From contig QPMI01000058.1 of the NCBI GenBank assembly GCA_004431415.1, forward strand, positions 186,001 to 250,000: a DNA stretch of 64,000 nt, read 5' to 3'. The translations under genes were made by a program, and so were the position numbers. Below are positions 1 to 12,590 of this stretch, piece after piece. Position 1 is the stretch's first letter. Each line of letters starts with the position of its first letter. The notes below the pieces were generated by a model that saw nothing but the letters and a program-made list of their open reading frames with translations, was not told the origin of the DNA and made no database searches. The stretch comes from Cyanophora paradoxa CCMP329. Taxonomy: Eukaryota > Plantae > Glaucophyta.

Positions 1-910
1 CTGCCCGAGGTGCGACCGCCTCCGACCGCGCCACCTGCGCGCGTCGCTCCGGCGCCGACAGCGGCGGCGCCGCGCGCGCAGGCGTTCGCACTTGCGCGCG
101 AGGTCTCGCGTCAGGTTCTGGGCCTCCGCCACTTTGATGTGCAGCTCATCGGTGGCATGGTCCTCCACGAGGCGAGCCGCCCGCGCTCCAGCGCCCAGCG
201 CCGGAACCCGCTGACGCCGCCGGCAGCGCCGCATCGCCGAGATGAAGACCGGCGAGGGCAAGACCCTCGTCGCCACGCTCCCCGCGTACCTCAACGCCCT
301 CTCCGGCCGGTACCCCCCTCCTCTCTCCGCCTGCCGCGCCCCGCCCGCCCCGCCCCGCCGCCGACGCCGCGCGCCCGCGCGCCTCCCAGCGGCGTCCACA
401 TCGTTACTGTGAACGACTACCTCGCCCGCCGGTTCGCCCCCCCCCCTCCCCCACAACAGCTTTGCTCCAGTACCCCGGCCGAGCGCGCCCCCCCCGCAGC
501 GACCAGGAGATCATGGGGCAGGTCTTCCGCGGCCTCGGCCTCACCGTCGGCCTCATCCAGGTCCGCGGCGTACCCCCGAGCGGCGCGCTTCGTACCCCCC
601 TGACTATGGTACCCCCCAGAACGGGATGGAGTCGGCCGAGCGCCGGAGCGCGTACGCCTGCGACATCACCTACTGCACTAACAGGTGATAGATCGCGTAC
701 CCCGCTCGGGTACTCGTCCCCTCTCCCTCAAGCTCCGGTACCCCCCAGCGAGCTCGGGTTCGATTACCTGCGCGACAACATGGCGCTGGAGCAGAAGGAC
801 CTCGTGCAGGTTCGAACCCCGAGGGGCCCCGAAACGCTCGCCCGCGGCGCCTGGCCCGCGCCGATCGAACGGCGTACCCCCCGCAGCGCCCCTTCAACTT
901 CTGCATCGTG

Positions 911-942
<32 letters not shown>

Positions 943-3900
943 GCGTACCTGTACCCCCTTCGAGCCCGCCCCCTCCCTCCTCACTTTCGCCCGCCACTCC
1001 TTTTGTGCAGGCGCGGACGCCGCTCATCATCTCGGGCCAGGGCGACCTCAACGTCGACCGCTACAAGGCGCGTACCCCCCCCCCTCTGCTCCCCCCCTCT
1101 CCTCCCCCCCCCCCCTCTCCTCTTAAAGTTTTCTGCGAAGGTTGCGGCATACGTGGCGGACCAGCTCCGGAAGGGGGTCGACTACGAGGTACCCCCCGCC
1201 TAAGCTAAGCTCCTGAGCTTCCGTTCTCATCTTCCGCCCGACAGGTGAACGAGAAGCAGAAGAGCGCCCAGCTGACGGACGGCGGCTGGCGCGCCATCGA
1301 GGGCATGCTCGGCGTCTCCGCCGACGTGCGTTCCCGTGCCCGCGCCAGCCCTTGAGAAGAAGAAAGAAGCTCACAGGAGCTTTTAGAGGCTTATGAAAGA
1401 AGACCTTCTAGCTCATCTCATCTAAGCCCGCATGCCTGCCTTCCTGCCTTCAAATTCGTTCGCAGGCGGACATGCAGGCGCGCGCCAACTTCATCTCGGA
1501 GTGGTCCGACTACTGCAACGCCGCCATCCGGTAGGGCCCTCTCCTCCCTCCCCCTCCCGCCCTCCCTGCTCTCCCTCCCGCCGCCCCCGCGCCGCTGCTC
1601 TGACCAGCCGGCGCGGCGCAACAGCGCGAAGGAGATCTTCCTGAAGGACAAGCAGTACATCGTCAAGGCAAGCGCGCGAGCGAGCGCGGGACCCCGCCCC
1701 CATCCCTCACACCTCACTCACCCTTATCCCCCTCTTCCCCCGCCAGGACGGGGAGGTGGTGATCGTGGACGAGTTCACGGGGCGCGTGATGCCGGGCCGC
1801 CGCTGGTCCGACGGCCTCCACCAGGCCATCGAGGCCAAGGGTCCGTCCGCCCGTGAAGTTGACGAGGCTAGGCTCATAGCTTATATAAGCTTCTTTAAGC
1901 TCCCTAAGCTTCTTTAAGCATATACAAGCGCTTATTTAAGCTTCTTTAAGCGGCCTCCACCAGGCCATCGAGGCAAAAATAGAAATAAGCTTCTTTGAGA
2001 TTCTTTAGGCTTCTTTAAGCTCGCTCGCGGCGCCCGCCCGCTCGCTCGGTCGCCCGCTGATCGAGGGGCGGCGGGGCAGAGGGCGTCAAGATCCAGCCCG
2101 AGTCGAAGACCATCGCCTCCATCTCGTACCAGGTCCGCTGGGAAAGCCGCGGCAGAAGCAACGAGCCGATCGGCGTAACCAAAATCTGACTTCTAGTCAA
2201 GTAATCTCACACTCGCCCCGCCCACCTCCCGCCCCGCCCCCGAACCGCAGGCGCTGTTCAAGCTCTTCCCGCGGCTCTCGGGGATGACGGGCACGGCCCT
2301 CACCGAGGAGGCCGAGTTCCTCAAGATCTACGACCTCCCGGTCCGACCTTAATTATATAACGCCCTTAGAGAAGCTCAGACGAACTTAAGAAGGCCTAAG
2401 AAAGCAAGAGCTCGCGGCGGTCGACTGACGCCTTCGCGGCGCCCCGTCCCGCCCGCCCCCGCAGGTCGTGGCCGTGCCGACGAACAAGCCCCTTGCCCGC
2501 GCCGACGAGCCGGACCAGGCCCGCCCGCCCCGCCCCGCCCGCCCTCCCCAAGCCTTCCCCCTAGGCCTCTACCCGTGCCTGCGGGACGGGCGGTGTCCCC
2601 TCTAGCTAGCCGTCCCGGAGAGCGCGCAGCGCGCCTAGACACGGACGGTGGCCTTGCCGTCATGCCTTCCCCCAAGCTCAAGCTCGCCCTCGGCCCTCCC
2701 TAGGCCTCCCGGGGAAACCGGGGCCTCGCTAGGCCCTCCCGAAGCCTTCCCTAGGCCCTCCCCCCCGAGCTCAAGCTCGCCCCCGCAGGTGTACGTGACG
2801 CAGGAGGCGAAGTGGAACGCGGTCGTCGAGGAGTGCGAGGCCCAGTACCGCGTGCGTCCCGTCGCGTCGCTAAAGCTTCATCCACGCTAGCCTAGCCTAG
2901 CTTAGCCTAGTTGCCAAAAAGCCTTAGCTATAGCCTTCCATAGGCTAGTTGCCTAGTAGGCGGGGCGCAGTACCGCGTGCGTCGCTTGCTAAAGCTTCAT
3001 CCACGCTAGCCTAGCCTAGCCTAGCCGGGCTTCGCCGCTCCACGCCGCTCTACGCTAGCCTATACTATCCACGCCTCACGCCGCTCGCTCGCCCGCGCGC
3101 GCGCAGGCGGGGCGGCCGGTGCTGATCGGCACGACGAACGTGGCCTTCTCCGAGCTCCTCGCCGCCCGCTTCGACGAGCGCGGTCCGCCCGGCCCGCCCG
3201 CCCGCCCGCCCGCCCTGCCCGCAGGAGAGCCCGGGCGCCTCCCTAAGAGATTTGGGGCCGGCAGGGATCCCGCACCAGGTCCTGAACGCGCGGCCGGAGG
3301 TCCTCGAGCGCGAGTCAGAGATCATCGCCCAGGCGCGCCGCGCTTTGCTTTCCCTGCCTGTCTATCTTATCCATCTCGTCTAAGCATCTCTATTTCTCTC
3401 TGTCTTTCGGCAGGCGGGGCGGGTGGGGCAGCTGACGATCGCGACGAACATGGCGGGGCGCGGCACGGACATCATCCTGGGCGGCAACCCCACTTTCATG
3501 GTCCGCTTCTAGGAGAAGCTTAAAGAAGCTTAGAGAAGCAAAGAGAAGCTTTCCTTTTTTTGATTTGACTTGACCTGACCCGCCTCCTCTCTTTCTTCTC
3601 GCACGCGTGCAGGCGCGGCTTCGGATCCGTGAGGAGCTCTTCCCCGCGATCGTCAAGCAGCACGAGTCCGTCGGCCTCGGCCGCGTCAAGGACTGGAAGG
3701 TCCGCCGCGCCTTCCCCGCGCGCCTGCCTCCGAGGGCAAGACAGAGCCAGCCAGCCAGAGCCTCTTCCCTGTCTTCCCTGTGGCGCCTGTCTGAACTGAC
3801 TGACTGACGGCCCGCCCCTTCCTGCTCCCCCTCCCCCGCAGGTCTCGGTGGAGGGCTTCTACCCGACGGAGCTCTCCGCCGGCGTGCAGAAGCTCGTCGC

Positions 3901-4544
3901 CGACGCCGTCGCCGCCGCCAAGCGGGTGCCCCCATTCTCTAGACTTCCTCTCTCGTTATCGCGCCCCGCGCTCACGGGCGGGGCTTCGCTTCTCGTTGTC
4001 CGCAGGCGTACCCCGAGGGGCTGGACGAGCTGGCGGCCGAGGAGCTCCTCGCCATCTGCGGCGAGAAGGCGAGCGAGCGCCCGCCCGCCCGGCCCGCAGC
4101 GCAGCGCGCTCCGGCGGGGCGCTCACTGGGCGGCCGAACGCTGGCAGATCGAGGGGGCGACGGAGCTGGTGAAGGCCCTCCAGTCCGCCTTCGACGCCGT
4201 CCGCGCCGTGCGCCCTTCAGAAGAAACTTAAAAGGCTATGGGAAGCCTTTAGAAGCTTGATGAAGCCTTTAGAAGCTTAAGAGGTTAGGCCATGCGGCTT
4301 AGAGATAGCTTGTTGAAGCCCGCCCGCCCCCCTCCCGCCCGCCCGAGGCAGAGAGAGCAGAGGCCGCCACGGGCAGCCGCGCTGGGCCGCGCCTGTCTGT
4401 CTGTCCCTTCTTCCCGCCCCTCTGACCGACCCCCCTCCGCCCCCTTCCCCGCAGGAGTACGCGGTGTACACGGACCAGGAGAAGGCGCGGGTGGTGGAGC
4501 TGGGCGGGCTCTACATCCTGGGCACCGAGCGGCACGAGTCCCGC

Positions 4545-4579
<35 letters not shown>

Positions 4580-7500
4580 CCAGGTCCGCCCCGCCCCGCC
4601 CCGCCCCGCCTTCAATCTGGCTCCTCGCCCCTCGCCCCCGCCCCTCTCCTCGTCCCTCGCCCCGCCCCGCCCCTCTCACTTCCCCCCCCCCCCCCCCCCC
4701 CCCTCCAGGGCGACCCGGGCAAGTCGCGCTTCTTCCTCTCGCTCGAGGACGACCTCCTCCGCGTCTTCGGCGGTCCGCGCCGCCCCCGCCCCCGCCCTTC
4801 TGAATATAAATAAAACCAAAAAGGTTCCCCTTAATAAGTTTTAAGTCCTTCCCAAAAAGGCGGTTCACATGGCCCCCGCCCCTCCCCCTCCCCCTCCCCC
4901 GGCCCCCGCCGCCCCTTCTTAGAGGATCTCGATGATGGGAAACCGAGAGCGTGATCGAACCGCACCGCTCCCCTTCCTCTCTCTTCTTCTCTTCTCTTCG
5001 CTCGCCGCCGTCCTCAACGCCGTCTCTTCGCAGGGCCGAAGATGCAGCAGATGTTCCGCTCGCTGCGCATCGACGAGACGCTCCCCATCGCCTCCAAGAC
5101 CCTCACCGCCTCCCTCGACAACGCCCAGAAGAAGGCACGCGGAGCGGAGTAGCGGGCGCCTTCTTCTACGCCTCCCCTGACCCGTCTGACCCTTTAGGTT
5201 GAGAACTACTACTTCGACTCGCGCGAGCAGCTCTTCAAGTTCGACGAGCCGATGACCTCCATGCGCTCCTCCTTCTACGAGATGCGCCGCAAGGTGCGAG
5301 AGCGGGGGAGCAGGGGACGCCGCGCGGCCCTGGGCTCGGCCGAACTCGAGCCGGACCGGCCGAGACGGAGCCGGCCCGGCCCGGCCCGGCCGGGCCAGCG
5401 AGCCGTCGAGCCGTCGAGACTAGCACTAGTACTCCGCCCCGAGAAGATGAGGAGGAGGAAGCTGTAGAAGCTGACCCCGCCCCCGCGCGCCCGGCCTCCC
5501 CCGCAGATCCTGACGGCGGACGAGGACGCGATGGCGGACGTCGTGTGCGACTGGATCGACGACGTCGTCCACTTCGCCGTCGCCGAGATCTGCGGCCGGC
5601 GCGTCCCCGCCCCTGTTCCCGCCCCCCGCCACGCGCCGCGCGCTTTCTAGGCCGGAGGCGGCTGGCCCCGGCTACGGGGCGGCTCGGCTCGGCTAGGCTG
5701 GGGGGGACGCCGCCCGCCCGCCCGCCCGCCCTAGAATCGACTACGCCGACCGTCCGCCTCCGACTCCACTGCGTGGCCAGAGCTAGCGCCTTCCGCTGCC
5801 TTGCTCACATCGTCCTTTCGCGATCGCCCCGCTGACCTCGCCCCTTCCCCCGCGAGCAGGAAGGTGGGGGAGGGCGCCGACGCGGAGGTGGTGTACGCGG
5901 GGCGGGAGGCGTGGGAGCCCGAGCGCCTCATCAACGTCCTCCGCTACTTCACAGCTGACCTCCTCGTCGCCACCAAGGTCCGGAATACGTACTTATCTAG
6001 TTCGTTGCTGGGTCAAGCAGCGATAAATAACATGTTTGGTGTCTAGAGCTTCTAGAGATCCTTCCTTCTGGAGCGTATAAGACCGTACATATGATCCTTC
6101 TAGAGCGTTAGTTGCTGGGTTAATTACTCGCCACATAACTCGCCTCGCCCGCCCGCCCGCTGACGGACGGGGCCGCTCTTCGACGCGGGCGCAGGAGGAG
6201 CTGGCGGCGTGCGGGGACGTGGAGGAGCTCGAGGACCTCCTCTGCGCCAAGGCCCGCCCCCCGCCCCGCCCCGGCCCTTAGGAGCGGCCCTTAAGAGCGG
6301 CCCTTGGAGCCCGGTCCTTGGAGCCCGGCCCGCCCTAGTAGCGGCCTCTGCCCCGGCCCCCGGCCCCCTGCCCCCGCCCTTAAGAACCGCGCTCGAGATC
6401 GGCCCTTGGGAGCGCTCCCTCCCTCCGGCCTGACGCGGGGTGACCGCAGTGCGAGGAGGCGTACGACGCCAAGTTCGTGCAGGTCGAGAAGATCCGCCCG
6501 GGCCTTATGAAGGCGAGCAAGTCCGAGGCCGAGGCCGCTCTGCGCGTCTCTAGGCTCTCTAGCTTCTTTCTCAAAGCTTCTCTCTAGGCTCTATAGATCC
6601 GCCCGGGCCTCATGAAGGCATGCGCGCATGCAGCTACTCCGCCCGGGGTTGAGAAGCTAACTCTTAAGACCCGCCATGAGCCAGCCAGCTGACCCGGGCC
6701 CGCCCCGCGCAGGAGCTGGAGCGCTACGTGCTCCTCACCAACTGCGACGAGAAGTGGCAGAAGCACCTCCGGTGCGCACGCGCCCCCGCGGCCCCCTCTA
6801 AGCTTCCCCCCTCTAAGGCCCGGCCGCCCCGCTTCCTCCTTGAAGACTCCATATTAGCGTCTTCCTCAAAGCTTAAAGCTTAAAAAGCTTAGAAGAGCTT
6901 AGAGCTTCCTTAGAAGAAGAAGGAGAAGAAGTTCCTCCCGTGCGGCCGGTCGGGCGGCCTCGCGGCCCGCGGCCCGCGCTCCCCCCCGCCCCGGGCTCCT
7001 CTCCTCCTCCCCCTCTTCTCACGCGCCGCCTCTTCGTCTCCGCGCAGGGACATGCGGAGCCTGCAGGAGCGGAACCGGCTGGCGTACTACCGCCAGCGGG
7101 ACCCCCTCATCGAGTACCGCTCCCAGAGCCAGGTCGTCTTCAACACCATGGTGCGCCCCCGCCCCGCCCCGCCCCGCCGCTGTCCAGCCCCGCCCCGCCC
7201 TCGCCCCGCCTTGCGCCGCCCTCCGCATCTCTTTATTGACCTTTAAGCCCCTTTTGAGCCTCCTTTAGTCGGCGGCTAGTTCCGCGCCCCGGAGGCTAGC
7301 TAGGCGGCTAGTCCGTCCGGCCCCGCCTCGCCCCGCCCCGCCCCGCCCCGCCCCGCCCCGATTCCTTCTTTGGGGACTACTTTTTTCTGTCTTGTCTCCC
7401 TTCCAACTCTGGTCGGCGCCCTTGCGCAGATCGAGAACATCAAGAAGGAGTCGATCTGGCAGCTCTTCAACGTGCGCGAGAGCGGTCCCGTCCAGCAGGC

Positions 7501-7866
7501 CGTCCCCTCTTCCCCCTCCTCCTCCGCCCCCGTACCCGTCCCCGTCCCCGCCGCCGCCATCAGCGGCAACGGCAACGGCAACGGGAGCTCCAACGGCGCC
7601 GTCAGCGCCGTGCCGGAGGTCCGCCGCCGCCCCCCCCACCCCCCTTCCCCCGCCCGTTTGGAACCCTCCGCGTGACTCACGCTTTGATTTCTTCCCCCCC
7701 CCCCCTTCGTTCGCAGGTCGGATTCGAGTCGGACGCCGCGTCGGCAGCAGAGGAGAAGCGGCCCGCGGCGGCCGCGGCGGCCGCGGCGTCGGCGGCGTCC
7801 CCCAAGCCGGCCAAAAAGGGGAACGCCAAGGGGGGCAAGAAGGGCAAGGGCAAGGGCAAGAAGTGA
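1..7866 (+). CDS. secA: Plastid-type preprotein translocase subunit SecA, about 36 introns in the window, 5' end upstream of the window
   Basis: Spliced exons give the SecA motifs [18 protein letters not shown]|[47 protein letters not shown]|[82 protein letters not shown]|[20 protein letters not shown] and [10 protein letters not shown]. The insertion after GGN (FM|[15 protein letters not shown]...FYPTELS) is of the cyanobacterial/plastid type. The Lys-rich tail ends at TGA 7864-7866. Confidence 0.97.
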
Positions 7867-8714
7867 GGACGGCCCGCGGCCGGCCGGGCCCCACACGTTG
7901 ATTTTGCCGTAGTTTCACCTTGTAGACCGCAATTGCATTTCGGTTAACTTTTGATTGGCGTTCTCCGAGTCCTGCTTCGCATGCAATCAAGGGTACCGGG
8001 TGAGGCCGAGGCCTAGGGTGGTTTCGGGCTTCTCGCGAGCGGCGGGGAGGGGCGGGGGCGAGGGGGGGGGGGGGGGGGGTCCGGGTTCGAGCTCGCGATT
8101 GGCGGGGGGCGGGGGTACGGGGCGCCTCGACGGAAGGGGACAGGCCCCCGACGTACAGCGCGTACAGCGCCAGCCTGTACTCGAGCTCCGGGTCCGACGG
8201 TCCAGCCAAGCCAAGTCAGGCCAGCTGCAGGCCCGCCGCGCCGATGAAGTGGCCATATGCATGGTACCATGGCCAGGCCTATATAGCTAGGCGAGAGCAC
8301 TGCGAGGCTAGTGCTCGCTCGCGGTCGCGAGCTCGACTGCGAGGCCTAAGATGCTCGTCGCTGCTGCCCCTTCCTAACTAACTTGCAATTAACTGCAACG
8401 CTGACTCTAAATTCGAGTGGCCACACATGCTTGTCATTTATGAATCGGCTTGTACATAATATTGAAATCGAGTTTCGCGGATCGCGATCGCCCTTTCGTC
8501 AGTTAACGCATGTATACGATTTTCTTCTTCTTAGCGAGATTTAGATCTTCCAAGGAATCGGAATTGGACAATCCTTCGAATTCGAATTCGAATCAAGCCT
8601 TGAAGAGAGATCTAGAATGAATTTGGAATTTAAATGGCCGGCCGCTGGCCGGCGCCGGGGGACCCGCTGGCGCCGGCCGCTGGCCGGCGCCTGACCGAAG
8701 AACCGCGGCCGCGA

Positions 8715-10170
8715 TCACGGTCGAGACCCGTGGGCTGTGCAGGCGAAGCCGCTCGCGACGCGCTGGACGCGGCACTCCTCGAGCCCCTTCCCGCCGGCCC
8801 ACGCGCGCATCTCGCCCTCGTCCCCGAAGAAGAAGCCAGCGACGCCGGGGCGCGCGCGGCCGTAGTCCGGGCGCTCCAGGCTCCCCTCGTAGAGCGCCGG
8901 GCAGCCGGCGAAGTGGAACTTCCTCCCAGACGAAGTCACGAAGCACGCCGCCCGGTTGTTCTTGAAGGCATCGATCTGAACAGGCGCACGCGCGATCGGT
9001 TTTTCGTCCAGCTCGAATAAAATCTAGATCTCAAGAGTCTCGCACCAGGTGCGCATCCACATGGGCGGTATCAATCACGTGCGGCGGTCGCGGGCTCGGC
9101 GCGGCGGCGGCGCTATCCCGATGCGTGCTCTGCGCATGCATATGCCGCGGCAGTCCTGCGCCGAGGTTCAAATTCGAAGTCGTTAATTCGATATCGATCG
9201 AAGATCAATTTGATCATTAATTTCTCGTGAACTCGATTTTCTCGCGCACGCAGGCCGAGAGCATCGCCCGCGTTGTTGAGGCAGCTGTCCGTCGAATTCT
9301 GGTGGCCGTCGATGTGCGTCAGCATTGTCCGCATCGCGCGCTCGTCCGCCGCGACGCGAGCCTTCAGCTCCAGAAATTCCTACGCGCCCCGAAATTCAGC
9401 GGGGATTCGCGGCTGCCGGATGAGATCTTAACGCGCCGAAGAATTATGCGAACAGCAGCTGGATCTAGATCTAAAGCACCTCGTATTCGATCTGGTGCTT
9501 GGGGCGGCGCGGTGGCTGATTTTCCTGCGTGTACGAGAGCCTCGTCGGCGATGAGCGCCGGCGCATATGCATGCAGCGCGCCTGTTCGAGCTGAAATCTG
9601 CCCTCCGCGAGGGCGCCGGCGCCGGTAACGCGATTGTCATCGAACTCCGCATTCTGCGATCGCGAGCGCCGATGAGATTAAATCTAGAGAGCCCCCGCAG
9701 TGAGCTCCGGGCCCAGATCGATCCAGAGGCCTATACCTCGCGGGCTTCGTCCCACATTTCGATCGTTGATATCGATGCTATAGCGCGTCGCTCGATGAAT
9801 TTCAGTGCGATGTTGAATTTCGCCTCGTCTTCTCCGTCTCGAGCTCGATCTCCCCACCAAGCATCTCCCTCTTTCCTCTTCCCCCCTTCAAAAGGCTTCC
9901 CCCTTCAAAAGGCTTCCCCCTTTCAATCCAATGCTTCTCCCCCCTCCTCCCGGTTCCGATCGACCTGACCTGCGCACCAGACCTGCTCGCCCGGCCGTCA
10001 GCCGCGGGACGGCCGCGGGCGCTGCCAGGCCTAGGCCTAGGCTGCGGCGCGAGGCTCTTGCCGATGATCTCAACGGAGCTGAGAAGCGCGCTGAGAAGCC
10101 GAGAACGATCTTCGGGCGCGCGCTTGCACCGCACAAGCGCGCTCCGAGGCTCGGTGTCCGGTTGAGATCG
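8715..10170 (-). CDS. Hypothetical multi-exon protein with a C-terminal small Cys/His (Ada-like metal-binding) motif
   Basis: The last exon (acceptor TTCAG near 8976, stop 8715) reads IDAFKNNRAACFVTSSGRKFHFAGCPAL...GLEECRV. Protein-like segments lie upstream at about 9250-9380, 9740-9825 and 10045-10140. The exon joins and start codon are uncertain. Confidence 0.35.
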
Positions 10171-10689
10171 GCATGCGCGTGCGCATTAATATTAATATTA
10201 ATATTGCTCGTTGTGCTTATATAAGAGTTGCTGTATCCCCCTCAATGTGGGACCCGCCAACTTGACCCCGCCCTTTAACTCCCACCGATTTCGAAAATTG
10301 ATCTCGCGCTAGGATGACGATCGGGTGGCGTGGCCCTGGTTCCGGGTGTGGGCCAAAAGCGTGCATTCTTGCAATTGAGTGGTTCCTGGCAAGGTGGCGG
10401 CGCACGCTGGCCAACGGGCCACGCCATTTTCTTTTCAGCTGCAGGTTGCATGCTGCATCGGCTCTAGGCTGCATGCGCACATCACATCCCTCAAGCTTTC
10501 GAAGTCAATTGCAAGCTGCTCATGATCAATATCGATGAATAAAATTTTTATGCGCTGCGTTGCGTCCGACGGTCTCGATCGCGATCGAGCTAGCGCTCGA
10601 GCTCTCCCCACTCAGCCTCTCCGGGGATCCCTCTCTCCCCTTACCATCCAATCCAATCCAATGCACTGGGGACATGGCGAGGGCCGCGC

Positions 10690-12074
10690 CTAGCGCTTGC
10701 GGGGCGGGTTCTCTCGGCGGACGGCCGGCGGGGGCGCGGGGCGCCCTGCGGTGACGGGCACCGGGCGGGAGGCGGGCACTCCTGCCGAGACCAGCGGGGG
10801 CCTCCCCGTCGCCGGCGCCGACTTGGGGATGGGGGGTATGGATCCGGAGCGGGGAGGGGGGCCCGAGCCGTTCGGGCGCCCAAGGGCGGTGGAGGGCGGG
10901 CTCGAGGTGGGGGAGGGTTTGGAGAGGATACCGGTGGCGCCGGCGGCGCCCGGGATGGGCCCGCTTACGGCGCCGTAGGGGGTGTTGGGCGGGGAGGAGC
11001 GGGTGCCCGCGCGGGGTGCCACACCGTACGCGGCCGACGCCGCCGTGACGCTCTTGGCGCCGCCGCCGGGCGGGGGCCCCGCGCCGGCCGCGCCGGTCGC
11101 GCCTGCACGCGAGGTCAGCGGTGCTGGCGCGGCTGGGGCGCGCGGGAGGAGGGGTTCGGGGCGCACTGGTGCGGGGGAGGCGAAGAGGGAGGAGGAGGCG
11201 CCGGAGGCGGAGGCGGCGGCGGCGGCGGCGGCGGCGACCGACGGCGTGATGCTGCCCGGGGCGCGGGGGCGGCCGGCGGCAGGCACGGCGGGGCGGGCGG
11301 CGGAGGAGGGCAGGGCGGAGGGGCGGGCCCGGCCGCGGCGGGCGGGCGGGAGGCGGCGGCGGCGGAGGCGGAGGCGAGGGACGAGGCGGCGGGGGCGGAG
11401 GCGTACCCGTTGGAGGGGGGTACGGCGGCGCCGGCGGTGCTGCCGGACGGGGGCGGCGCGGGGCGGCGGAGGCGGCGGCCGCCGCGCGGGCGTTCGCGGC
11501 GGCGGAGGCCGTCGAGAGGGAGGCGGAGGCGGAGAGGGGTACGGTGGAGGAGCCGGAGGCGGAGGGGAAGGAGGGGCGGGGGCGGTGGGGCGCGAGGCCC
11601 CGCGGCGGCGGCGGCGGCGCCGGCGAGGGCCGAGGGGCGGAGGCCGAGACCCGCGGCGGCGGAGGCGGAGGCGACGGCGGCGGCGGAGGTGGCGGCGCCG
11701 GCGCCGGGGCGGGCGTACCCCGCGGAGCCTGACCCGCCCTTCTGGGGTTCGACGGTGTAGCGCCGGCGCCCGTACTCGGGCTTGCCCTTGTCCGCAGCCA
11801 TCTCGCTCTCCTCCTGGACAGGACGTCAGCGCGGGGCGGGGCGGGGCGCCGGGAGCGGCGGCGGAGGCGGCGGGGGCGCACGTCGGCGATCATCTGGTCC
11901 TCCTCGGCGGCGCGCTGGGCGTCGACGGCGTCGTCGGCGCTGTCGAGCGGGCTCGGCAGCGGCTGCCCGTCCTTGCCCAGGATATCAATCGTCGTCCGCA
12001 CGGGGATCTTGCACATCCGCTCCTCGGCCGCCGCTGCCGCTGCCGCCACGTCCCGGTCCTTGTCGCCGCGCAGC
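10690..12074 (-). pseudogene. Partial duplicate (3' ~1.4 kb) of the PPP4R4 gene; direct repeat of 33103-34473
   Basis: It is near-identical to 33079-34473 (LRGDKDRDV...PPRKR*), including the introns, with scattered substitutions and indels. There is no upstream PPP4R4 sequence, and an in-frame TAG lies a few codons upstream of the boundary. Confidence 0.85.
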
Positions 12075-12590
12075 TGGGGCGAGGAGCAGATCTAGAGGCC
12101 CTGCCGACCGGTACCCCGCCGGCCGCGCTGGTCGCGCCTGGTCGGCGACCGGCCGCTGATGCACCGACCGCAGACCTAGATCTAGAGGGCTGATCGTGAT
12201 CGTGATGCGGTTCAAAATCATTATATTGAATCGATTTCGAATTCGACATCGAAATAGATGCGAAATAGATGCGAATAGGCAGCTGAAGGACATGTACAGG
12301 CGCATTCATGAAATATTAAATATTCACTCGAAAATGAAGCCAGGTAGGCCCAGGTAGGCCCAAAACGAACTTTTGAATCTCAAGATCTGACTCATGATCA
12401 GTGAAGAGGAAACAAACGACGAAGAAAAGCACCCGTCTAAGACACAAGTATCTAAGACTCAATCCTCGCGACCACAGAAGAGGGCCACAAGCAACGCTGA
12501 GGTCCCTAATGGCGTGCTAATATTAATTAGGCTATAACGATACTTAAGAAACGGGACTAAGAAACAGTATTAACAGTAACTCGAGTAGCC

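Noticed and set aside
7318-7360. (CCCCG)n runs and poly-C/poly-G tracts (also 4588-4610, 30627-30672, 47603-47637, 51263-51301) as functional elements or telomeric repeats
   Set aside because: They are ubiquitous intronic or intergenic simple repeats here, not a telomere motif, and their lengths are unreliable.
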